Below, piece by piece: positions 1 to 12,528 of a DNA stretch of 64,000 bases (positions are counted from its first letter, which is position 1; each line of letters begins with the position of its first letter). A program made the position numbers and the translations under genes. This DNA is from Chrysomallon squamiferum (lineage: Eukaryota; Animalia; Mollusca). Below the pieces are notes generated by a model. That model saw only the letters and a list, made by a program, of their open reading frames with translations, did no database searches and had not been told where the DNA came from. Where the stretch lies: assembly GCA_012295275.1 (NCBI GenBank), contig CM022667.1:21328001-21392000 (forward strand), written 5' to 3'.

Positions 1-174
1 GAAATAATTCATCAGATGAAGAGGGAACAGCACAGCAGGAAACTGAAGATCAGAAGACAAATCAGAAAGAAGAAATAAAGTATGTTTCAGTTGATAAAAG
101 TAATAATTAATTTGAAATATGTTCTAAATACTGTTTTAGAAATTCTTTGAAGGTAGATTGTAAGACTATCCTGT

Positions 175-205
<31 letters not shown>

Positions 206-835
206 TGTTACAAAATTAGCTTTTTATTACCTCCGACATTTTGTCTGATGATACAGAACAATAATAAGATATTGTATTAAAAATAAAATTAAAATAAAGA
301 TAACCATACTAAAATGTATTTGATACCAGCTTTTTTTTTTCTTTTTTTTTATAATTACTAAAAGGAACTTTTTAAACAAAAAACCCATAACTTTAAAGTG
401 CACGAAATAATAATAAACTTTATTAGCAGTACACTATGTATGGTGTGAAAAAAGAAAGGTCAGACAGGTACCAGTTTAAAATAACAGGCATTTTTGTTTT
501 CATAGATGACCAAAAGAAAATTACAAAAGCATTTTCCAGAACGTGATTGCTAATGATATTTTTTATGAAATTATTATTTAAAAAAAAAAAAAAATACAAA
601 TACAACAACATATGTGATGTAATTTCTTATTCAGATCTGAAACTATAGCTATGGATATTGACCCTCCAAAGCCAACTGAGGATGAAACAACGAAGGTTAG
701 TTTTATTTCTAGATAGATTTTAAATTATTTTGTATCTCTTACAGAAACAGTAGAATATTGAGTGTTGCATCAGTTTTATTTCTATACAATACTTGTGGAA
801 GCTGCTTATTAATTTAAAAAAAAAAAAAAAAATAA

Positions 836-888
<53 letters not shown>

Positions 889-3068
889 TTATCTTGTAAT
901 TGATTTTAAGATTCATGATAAACAGTTGTTAGTTTAAAGTTCAGTTAATTTTTATTACATAAAATTCAGTGGAATTTAAATAAATAAATAAATTACAAAA
1001 AAAAAAATAATAATAATAATAAAAAAAAAAAAAATCATACAAAAAAAGAACACCACTAAAATATTTGGCCATATCTTATATTCTCATACTGTATTGTCTC
1101 CACTATGTGGTAGATAGGGGGAGAATCAAGCCCAAGTTCTCTGAAACTTGGTTCATGGTCGTGCCTGGAGGTGAGATGTCAGGTTTTGCCGATTTCCAAC
1201 CCCTGACTGCAATGTCAATCCTATGTTGCCATGAGGTCGAATGTCTTCCCAAGAAACTAGTTCAAAAGACTTAGCACACATTTATTACTAACTCTTTAAA
1301 ATGTTGTGGCTTAAGGAACGATATTAATTAGCCAAACCTGAGAAAATAAAGAAATAATGACAGACATTCACTGTTCAGGCAGTCCTGACTTCCAAGAAAA
1401 AGAAATGGTACATCAGTACTCATTTTCAAAACAAAGGAACACTAGAAACAAAAAACATTCTTTGAAGTGGTATTGTTTTTGTTTTTTTTAACTTTCTTGG
1501 AAGTGGAATGTGTATTATGTGATGACAGATTTGAACAAATAAAAACTATAATGTGACAGACAGCTGGTATTTTTCAGTGGAGTACTGACTATTGAATGAT
1601 AAAAAATATCAGAGATGTATTCAGAAAATAGTACAGTACTTTTAAGGAAGAGAGAAGTTTGAACAATTTTGTTGTGCATATCTGCAATCTGTTTGTGTGA
1701 AATATAACAACATGAAGAAACGTTTTAACAAAACAGTGAAAACTGCTTTGTGGATAGAGTGAGAATTATCAAAGTGTGAAATATTAAATAGAGCTGTTGT
1801 TTTAGAAACTTGTAAAATGGATAATCAATTAATGAAAGAAATTTGAAATGTATTCATTTCATTTATTCAAAAGGAACTTCTTGTTTCTATATGTGGATGT
1901 TATCACAGTTCATTTGTAGTTCAGATACTAAACAGTTTGGAAAGATGCTATGTTAATCAGCTTAAAAAAGAAAATGAACTTTTTTCTCCAGAAACTCTCG
2001 TGTTTTAACATTGGACGTGTAATCCAAATACTACAGTCAGGATATGCATATTTGTATAAACCTTGTTTGTGATTGATTTGTAAAGTTAAAAAGAACAGCA
2101 AAAACTGGAGCAAAACGATTCAGTAATTTATCTGATTCTGATTACAACTATAAATGTCAAATTATGAATGTTATTGGATGCCGTGTTACTGACATGCAGT
2201 TTTATAGCACACTTTAAGAAGTTTGTATATTGTGATATGGCAGAGAAGAAATTTATTTTAATTGTTCGTAAAAATACATTTTTGGAGTACTTGTTTCTTT
2301 AGCTGTTTCAGTAATAAGACAATGAAGAATATTACATCTGAAAAAAGACTTCACTATTCTTGCACAGGACATTTTGATAAAATAGTAGCTGGACATGATT
2401 TAAGAAGAAGAAAAGTAAATTGTCATTGTTATACAAGTGAAAACAAATGGAAAGTCAGTGCATAATTGTAACCTATTACGTGAATTAAAAAACAGAAAAG
2501 ACTTTCAAGTTCTGGCAACACTGAGATTATCAAAGCCCAATCCCAAACTGAATGAATTTTTCTCCATAACTTTTCCTGTTCATGCGGGTTGGTTCTTGCT
2601 CATTGAACCTCAAGACGTCGACAGCATTTAACGGGTATTCTCCAATTATTCAGTCAGTTCACTTGGGTTTTCAGAAAACAATAAAATGTTTTTCAAAATT
2701 ACATATAATTTAATTTTTGTGTCTGAAATGACCTCTTTTTTTGCAGCTTCTAATCTGATTTTTGGTAAGACAAGTTGCAGCAAGACATGAAGATTTCTTT
2801 TTAAAAAATTTACATTTTAATACTTTAACATCTTAAAAAGTAAATAAATAAATTTAACTGTTATGTTTTAATTTCCAGTAAGAGGAAAAGAAAACACAAA
2901 AAAATAACATGAAAAGGAGTAGACAAAACTCCAACTATAAATGTATTAATTGGATTATCCAGATGTCTTCAGATACATTTGTTGTAAATGCTTTTGACAG
3001 TAATATATTATTAGTAATAATCTTTTGTTTTTGTATTTGTTTTCATTAAATAGACCTTATTATTATTA

Positions 3069-3106
<38 letters not shown>

Positions 3107-6100
3107 TTGGCATAGTAAGATTTCAGGTAAATGAAATACTTAAAGACAAAAACAAAAATTTTGTATATTGATAATGCATAAAAAGGATTACACAGGTTTT
3201 TTGACTCCCTATTCATGATTATTTAATTTTATTACTATATTTTCTTTGCTTCATAACTTCTTAAAATTCAAACTGCTTAATATGAAATACTATGTTCTTT
3301 TTCTTAGCTGTTTGCAATACATATGTGAATATGTGGCCTGATAATAAATATTTTTCATTTAATTATTATTAATTTAATTGAAAATTCTGTAATTTTCAAT
3401 ATACAGTAATATCTTTTCACAATAGCATTTTGATTTAGACAGTGCATGGATCCAACATTATAGAAAAAGTTAAACTTTGAATGTTGGACATATATTAAAC
3501 ATAAAGTGACCAAAGGAAAAAAAATGGCTTGATTTTCAGGTACATGAAAAAGAACAAGTGAAAAATGAAACGAGAGAAATTCCAAGAAGGCGTTCATTAC
3601 TCTCAGGTATTAAAAATATACTTTATTTATCAATAACTTGTAAATAATAAGGATAAAATGCATATTTTTCTCTAAAATGTAATAAATGTATGTTGGCAGA
3701 AAATAATTGCAAAAGGTTAATTCTTGTACATAAATTTCATTTTGTTGGATTATTTTTGCAGCAGATTGTTAATTTTATTAAAAGTAACAAAAAGCGATTT
3801 CCTGAAATTTTTAATTTCCAGTAAATGAATAGTCCGTATTGTGAAAATAGCAAAACTTTAAATCTGTCTCTTCTTCATATTAATGGTTGTTTCTTTACTT
3901 TAAAAGGGGTAATTAATTATTAATTAAATTGATCTTATTAGTAAAATAAAAAAATAAAAATAAACTTATAATAGGTAGAATTTCTTGGAAGTAAAATTGA
4001 CATATTCTCATAATTTGCAAATATCAGGAAGCAGATATGAAATGAAGAAAGAAGACAATGAAGATAAAGAGCAGAAGAAAGACAAACCAGTAAAAAAAAG
4101 GAAATGGGGCTCATCGCAAGCCAAATATGTCAGAAAATCTCAGAGTATGGAAATTTCAACCGATTCTCTTAAGGTATAAATTATTATCAGACATTCACAC
4201 ACATAATAACTGTTGTTAATTTATAAGCTTCTATTTTTATTCATAATCCACTTTTTGCCTAAATATTAAAAGTATACTTTGACAGATTTATGGAGGATTA
4301 ATACTTGCCAGATTACATTAAAGTAATTGTTATATCTGCTTTTTTAATTTTTTTACTAGGGTATAATAGAAGATGTAAAAATGTTCAATGAACCAATTTT
4401 GGAACTTGGAACAGAAGGCATGCAACTGTCAGACAAGGAAGAAGATAAAAGAGATGTAAAGATTAGAAGAACAGTTGTACAGGTAAACAGTGACTGATTC
4501 CATTAGTGAACAGGATTTGTGAAGCCAGTTCTCGTAAATATTTTTATTTGTAGATGGAAGGAATCTCGTCAGTGACCTGGTTGCCAGCTGGGCATTTAGT
4601 AAATGCCTCTTCAGCCTCTAAGTACTCCAGTAATCCTGTTTATGTCATTTTGCTCCAAAAAATAATCAATCATTTTGACATGTTTACATATTGCATATAA
4701 TTGGTTCCAGGGTTTAATATTGTCTGGATATTATGAAAACACTGCTGATAGCTACATATGTATTTTATTTACCATATAGGTAGTTCCAGGTGAAGCTACA
4801 GAGGAAGGTGACAAGAGACACACAGTCCTGAAATCAGAAGGAGAAGATGCAGGTGAAATGTCAGAGGAAGAAGTTCATGAGGACATTAAAAAATGTACTG
4901 CATTTCAGTGAAGTTATATGTCAGAACAACTATCATTGTCCGTCATTGGATTTAACTGTTTAGGAATTAAAAAATTATTATAATGGAGATGGATAGTGTA
5001 GTGTTTTAATTTATTAAAACAATAACTTATTTAATTCTGTTAAAAGTTCTGTGTAGCCAGTTAACAAAAAGAAAAGAAAAAAGAGTTTGTCTTGAAATGG
5101 GCAAATGATAAAAATGTTTGTTGTAACACTTTTGTTAGAATTACATTAGTCTTTATTATTTTATTACAGCTCCTGAATTGAAAGTTATCCGTCGAGTAAA
5201 TCCTCAGATCTCACTGGAACCAGATGAACCTCAGGCAGCTCGTCGTTCTCCATCACCAGCCAGAAATCCTGTCAACAGAGTTGTCCACATTCGTAACTTG
5301 GTGCGGCCTTTTACAGTCGGTCAGCTGAAAGAATTGCTGAAGAGAACAGGCAGCTTGGTGGAGGGAGAGAACACTTTCTGGATTGATAAAATCAAATCTC
5401 ACTGTTACTGCACAGTAAGAATTTACTTCATCACGTTTGCCATTTCCAAATATTTTTTTATTAAAATTGTTTTATTCAAAATTACTGGTAATGAATATTT
5501 GTATCTGCAGTGTCATTTTGTGCAAAGAAGATAATGAAATCTATGTTCTAAATTGTTAAATCTAAATTTAAATTTCATGAAATTTTGATTAAAATGTATT
5601 AAACTTACTGTTATTTAAAACTTCGTTTTTCTTTTTCTTTCATACAAGTTTGAAACTGATGAACAAGCAGTGGCCACAAGAAAAGCTCTTCATGGTACAA
5701 GGTGGCCTATCTCTAATCCTAAAATCCTAAGAGTTGAATATGCATCTCAGGAAGAGGTTTGTTTTTTCTTTATTTAAACAAGATTTTGAAACATATCCAA
5801 TTATGAAAAAAAATTATACTGTCTAAGGTCGTATCATTTTTAATCTTGTAGTATGATTACCATGTATTTTTTTAATTAATTTATTAGGATTATGTACCAT
5901 ATAATTTTATCAGAAATAATAATCTTTCAGGATTACTTTCCAGATAAAGTCAGGAATACAATAAACATTTTATGTTTTAACACATGTATAGTATTTGGTT
6001 GTGTTGTGTTTATATGTATCATTGAAAATGACTAATCTGTGCATTTTGTTGTATTAGCAGCAATGTTTTAATCAATAAATACTTAATGAAAGTCAGTTTG

Positions 6101-7681
6101 TAGTATTTGTAACCATCTGATTTAAGCCGATCTCTGGGGTTTTTTCAGTTGGAATTCCACAAAGGACAAGAAGAGCTTAAAATGCCATCCAAGCCAGCTA
6201 AGACTGAAGTGAAAAAGAAGGAAAAAGAAGAAAAACTAGAAAAGAAAAAGAAAGAAGAAGAAAAGAAGCCGCCTATAAGAGAATGGGATAGAGATAAACT
6301 AAAAGATAGAAAAAGATCAAGGAGTCCTTCCAGAGACCGAGATTTTGATCATGACAAAAGAAGAAGAGATAGAGAAGAGGAAAGAAGCAGAGAGAAAAAA
6401 GATCGAAAACCAGCAGGTTTGTTCAGTAGTTTATTTTGTTTTAATATTTTTTATACCAAGTTTCAATTTATTTTTTGGTCAAATAAATCACATTATTATA
6501 TATGGAAATGAGTGAAAAAAATTAACAACTTTAGTGCATTTTGATCTTGAGGATAATCCAACTTTTACTAATAAAATACTGTAATCTGTTTTGTTTACAC
6601 TGAATTTAATTTTCATTAGAGCAGGATAGCACTTAATCTCTATGAAAAAAATTTAACATTGCTTTTTTTTGTTGATAGAAAATTACTAAACTTTTGGTTT
6701 TTAAAATGATATTGTTTAACAATTTTCTTTCATTGTTTACATGTTGCTTTTTCTCTTACAGAACCAAAACCTGTTGAAGAAGCCCCAGCTAAACTGCTTG
6801 ATGATCTTTTAAGAAAACCAGAGCAACTCCCTGCATATATTGGTTGCCCCTCACCAACGAACAGGCAAGTCATTTCTGTTTGAGGAGATTAAGATATAGC
6901 CTTGCCAACTCTCTGTTAGAAAACATTTTATAATAAAGTTTGTCAGTTTTTAGTTACTCCTAATGCACAAGTACCTATTGTCATTTAATTTATATCAGTA
7001 ATTTTATATGTTATTAGGCTGAGCAGAGACAAAAAGATAAAAAGAAGTTACTAGAAGAACGAGAATTGCGAAGAAAGCAGATGACACGTGAAGATGGTGA
7101 TAGAAGAGAGAGAGATAAAGTATGATTTCATATTTAAAGTTTTTTGTCTTAGAACAGCATTGAAAAAAAAAACTTGCATCTTACATTAGGTTATACGAGA
7201 AATTTGTTTTTATCATGTAATTATCTGTTTGCAAAGAATGGAAATAATTTTACCAGATAATATTTATCATTTTGAACTGGAACACATTCATTCCAATTAG
7301 TCACAGGTTATTTATTTTTATCAAAAACCGTATCAGATGTTTGTCCTTTTAAACAGTTATTCTATAGCGACTTATCTACAGTTGTGCTTTTAGGCATTGT
7401 TTTAACCATTGTTTATAAAACAGTGTGAAAACAATACTTTGTTTATACATATATGTAATTTATATATTTATTAGGATCATATCCCATTGGGACATGAGAG
7501 GGAGAGGGAGAGGGATAGGGAAAGACACAGTGGAGGAGATACCTGGGATTCGCGAGATAGCAGAGAAAGGAAGGATCGAATTCGAAGTGACAGAGACAGA
7601 AGACCAGTGACAAGAGGTGATGATTATCGAAGTCATTCTCGTTCAGATAGACGAGATAGTCGTAGTAGACGAAGACGATAA
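1..7681 (+). CDS. ACIN1: Acinus (apoptotic chromatin condensation inducer 1; ASAP/EJC splicing factor), 3' portion, multi-exon; 5' end lies outside the window
   Basis: Exons approx <1-79, 635-695, 3540-3606, 4028-4173, 4360-4482, 4780-4894, 5170-5414, 5649-5756, 6149-6416, 6762-6864, 7018-7119, 7475-7681(TAA). Hallmarks: KKRKWGSS...EISTDSLK; [10 protein letters not shown] followed by the RRM ([23 protein letters not shown]...[11 protein letters not shown] / [21 protein letters not shown]); REWDRDK; RSB motif [19 protein letters not shown] (with a 1-nt frameshift); RS/RD-rich tail. Confidence 0.95.
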
Positions 7682-9066
7682 TGAAACCTACAGCTGTACA
7701 TATTGTTTATTAAGAGTGAATGATGTGTGTGATAATGAGAAATGTCTGGAGACATTTCTATTCATTGCATTGGATTTTAATTAGGTGAATGATGAGCACA
7801 AAATAATAAATAACAAAGAAATTTTATTTTGATTCAGTGAAATTTTTAAACCTTTAATAGTGCAGTTAATAACTGTTCCATATGAAATAAAGACAATTAA
7901 AAATATGACTGCGTCTTTAAGAATGCATTTGACATTATGTCATCGTCTTTAATTAAGTATATCAAATTAATATTTATAAAAATAAATGGAGCATTAAAAC
8001 GGCACATATTGGATATGAGAAAAAAAATGTTCATTTGTGCCATCCAATTCAGAAGTTTATTTTTTTTTGTTCATATTTTGTTTCATTTAAAGTCTTTTCC
8101 ACATTTCATTTCTCTGATTGGGTAATTCATAAAATCATTTTCACCTGAATGTGCAACTGTTACTCTCATCCATTTGTTTTTAATTTATGTACATAGAATT
8201 CTTAAATCATGGTTTTTATAAATGCTCATAGTTCTGTGTAATGTTGTCTTCTGAATAAAATATTGTGATACGTTTTAAAGTGTTTGTTTTTTTATTAACC
8301 CATTTATGACAGATGGTTTTTATGTGGAAACTTGATCAGGTGTTTGTCTTCGATTTATAATGCACATTTTGCAGTTGTGAAAAGCAGTTCATAAGATGAA
8401 ATTAGCCCATCCCAAAATTAATGAGTTAGTTTGTTTTGTTTTTAAACGTGTGAGAGTGCAAATAAAAACATTAATTTTTTCCCCAGTAAATACAGTTGAG
8501 AATTAGTACTGCATCTCAAAACATTTCCAATCCCATTAAATGGTTACGAACTGCATATAAAACAACCTACCGAAAAGGGGAGGAAAATGCATGTAGAAGA
8601 TTGTGGTGTTCAAAGGATAAATGTTTGAAATTTTCTTCCGAATACAGACAGCCAGAGGGTAGTAGTAGAATCTTAATAAATATGATAAATGGTGGGCACT
8701 ATTAACTACTGAGCTGATGATGTGATCGTTATTATTACTATTGTTTTTTAACATTTTAATCTTCAAGTAACGAGATATTACTGCAGATAAATTATCCATC
8801 CACAGGGATGCTACTAATTTAGTTTTTTCCTCCTGAATAGTCTTCATTATTTCTAATGAAATATTTTGTATATAAGGAACAAGTTATCCAACCTACTCAA
8901 AAAATGATTTCCTTTGTCATGTGATATTATAAATTTAAATTTCATGCTATTTAAATAATGATACATCTAAGAAAAACATTTTATATTTTATTACAAAAAT
9001 TGTTGAAAAAGTTATCAGTATTTGTATATACAAGAAATGTTAGTAGTCTGTATTTTCCTGCAGTTT

Positions 9067-12000
9067 TTATTTTGTTTTGTGATCAGCACCAACTGCTTCA
9101 ATTATGCTCGAGTATCCTTCGTTTCTGGGAAGAAAAAAAAAGAAAAGAGTTGTAATGTTAAAATTTTAAAACTTTGCATAGCTGCTATCTAAAACTTTAT
9201 CTTGCTTCCAATTTTTAAGTTAAACTTTCAACATTGTGTCTACTGCATGCAATTTGAAATGGTAAGAGTTAAATGTTTCAGAAATCGAAAACTTATACAT
9301 TTTTAAAATATGTTTTGTCGAACTTCCTATTCCTCTATAATTACAATTTGTTTTTGTTTTAAGATTCAAATTTGAAACTATGTGTAGAACATTAAAAAAA
9401 AAAAATTTATGTTACTGCAAAATCTTACTGAATGGAAAAAAGAACATACTGTAAAATACTATTAAGTTCTCTCTTGATCTTTTTAACTACTGGTGGCCCT
9501 TTGTACACCAGTGCTGTGTAAATCTGTACCAGGGAGGCACCTGCTTTTATTTTGTCAAAGGCATCTTGCCCAGAACTGATACCACCCACTCCAATTATAG
9601 GAACCATTCCTGAACAAAACAATAGCATACAAATATATTAGTTAAATTAGAATATGACTAAACTATTGTGTTAGTTATTCACACCCAAGCTTTCTTACTT
9701 CGACATTATATAAACAGACACATTTATGAAGAATATATATATCTTAATTTGTGAAATAAATAGAAACCATTATTTATATCGTACTCAAATTTAGTTTTGA
9801 TTTCTACAGCAAAAATAAAATTATTGAAAGTTTCTCTCCAGTTAATGTATATTAAAACATGTTATTCACCTCCAGTGAGTCTGTACATATCTCTAATTGT
9901 ACTGGTTGCTAGGTTACGCAAGGGTTCTCCACTCAAACCCCCAGACTCCATCTTGTGGCTGCTTTGTAATGAGGCTGGTCTAGTTGTTGTTGTGTTGGTT
10001 ACTATGAGTCCATCTATACCACCCTTAAAAAATTACAATTTTAATCATAAATTATCTATACTGCTGTTTTATATGAAAGTCTGAATGTTTGTCACTTTAT
10101 TATAGTCAATTTAAATTGTTATTTACAAATAATTATTTAATTGTAGTATAGTATGTACTAATGTAACAATAAAGTTTGAATACTGTACACTTTGTAAATA
10201 AATTCGGTAATTAAAATGAGGAATGTATAATTTGCTTTTGACTGATTAAAAAAATGAGTGAAGTTGACAGGATTTAGGTTTTGTGCAAACAACATACAAG
10301 CAAACTTTCATTTCTTGATTTACATTTTCTCTTAAGACTGCTGCAATGTCCTTCTTCTCCTGTTCTGAGAGATCTGGAGATATTTTCACTAATAGCGGTG
10401 GTTTTGGGTTACAGAGCAAGTTGTCTCTTTCCTTCACAACCTGAAACAGTATTACCTAAATGTTAACCTCATTCCTTAAACAAACAACACAATTAATATT
10501 TGCTCAAACGCTTTTTTTCTCTATTTAATGGTTTTTAATTTACAATGCCAAGGATTTTTTTTCATTTTTAATATGTGTACACGCACACATTTTAAGTCGA
10601 AACTGGTCTAATGATCACCTGGCTATAAGTCACCATAAACACCCCCAAAAGCATTTCCTTCTTTAAATGGCCTGTACATAAGAGTCAGTCGCCACTACTG
10701 AACCTTCTATAATGGTCATAGCATTTCAGAATGTGCAAATGCCACAGTTTTAAGCCATTAGTAATTGAAAAACAAACATACATTCAATGACATGATATTA
10801 CAGTGTAATTCAACTAGGTCAAAGCTGCTGCATTAAAGCAGTTAAGAGTATTTAAGTGTTGAGCTCAGACTGGTTGTTACAAATGCAATTTTTTATTGTT
10901 GTTATTGAATTATGTGATTACAATACGCTAATTATGAGAGTAGACTACTAAATAATTAATCTCTACTGCTGAATTAGCAATGACATGAAATAAAATCTTA
11001 GCAAACTGTCTTCTCAAAGTTAGTATTTCCTGAATTTTTATGCAAATTTCCAATGACAATTCTTCAATGGAAATTCTCTTATAAAATAAAAAATTATTTC
11101 TCACAAAAATGTGTACTTTTCAATGTCATTTGTAATATAAAAAAAAGGCTTTCATGACGTCCTGTAGGTGGCCACTGTAGACAAGTTTGTCTGTATGTAT
11201 TACTTTAGGTTTTTTTAGTATTATTTTTTTTTTATATATATATAAATCTATTAGAAGTTTAAAATTCCTTTATTATTTATTTGTTTATTTATTGTCTGCT
11301 TTACCTCATCTAACAATTTCTCTAATTCCTTTCTTCTTTGCATGTTCTGCAGATCAGGTGTGTTTGGACTGGAAATATTAATAACAAGATAGTCTGCAAT
11401 TTTGCCAAATCGTTTTACACCTTTGACATAATCATCTACAGGATATGAAGACAGTTTGTTCCTTCCCAGATTAATTCCCACAATTCCTTGTTCTGCAAAA
11501 TATTAATGGAACTTAAAACCAAACTTAAATCAAAATGAAATGTTACAATAAAAATCTAGTATTACTATGACAGATTTTTTTTTTAAAAGTTTGTTACTTC
11601 CAAAATTTATTTCTTCAAAGAATTTTTGTTCTACATTGAACATGTCATCATTAAACTTTCATCTAAATGGTTTCAGTGGGTACAAATCTTTGAACATGGT
11701 AACAAAAAAATTATTGTTTTTCTGGCAGCTAACAAAGTAAATATTTGTCAGTATAATAACTAAATTAACAACTAAAATTATTCAACTGTTAACTTATGTT
11801 GTGGACGTAAGATGTTGAAAGTCTGCCAGGTTTCAAACATTAACCTGTTTAGACTTCAGCATGTAATAATTTGTAAGCAACAAAAAGTGACTTCAGTATG
11901 GAATATTCATTCAACCAATCAGCTTAGCAAACAAAACTTGGCAATTAAATTATTAATTAACTTGTAGAATTAAATTTTCCTTTATGTGAGCTAAGCATTT

Positions 12001-12492
12001 AATGTTTTATCATTTTTACTTTTTCCTAATTATTTGTAGTTTACAACAGTTTCTGTCTCTATCACTTATTTACTTTGTTTATCTTGTTAATAAGACAACT
12101 GCAGTTATTACTACAGGGTAATCAAGCACTATTATGATTACTCGTGTTTTTATTTCACTTGCAAGAAACTGAAAATGAAATGTTTTTCTGAACGTCAGAA
12201 AACAAGGACTAAACTTTCTAGACAGATGATATATTGCCTCAAAGTCAAAAATACCTTTTTCCCTAATTTTAATATTTGGTGGATCAGTTTCAGTCCATAA
12301 ATTAATATTTAACATATTTCTTTGTTCTTCCAGTCTAGGTAATTTTATATCTATAAAGAAAATTAAAAAATAAAACAGATCTAATAAGAATATTATATGC
12401 CTGTATAATTCAAATTTCTGTACATTTATAGTAATTTACTGGTTATACAAAAAAATATTCTTATGTAGCAGTGGATAAAATACAATTCTAAG

Positions 12493-12528
<36 letters not shown>

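Noticed and set aside
6805-6820. Programmed ribosomal frameshift in Acinus
   Set aside because: No X XXY YYZ heptamer or evident stimulatory structure; a homopolymer error is simpler.
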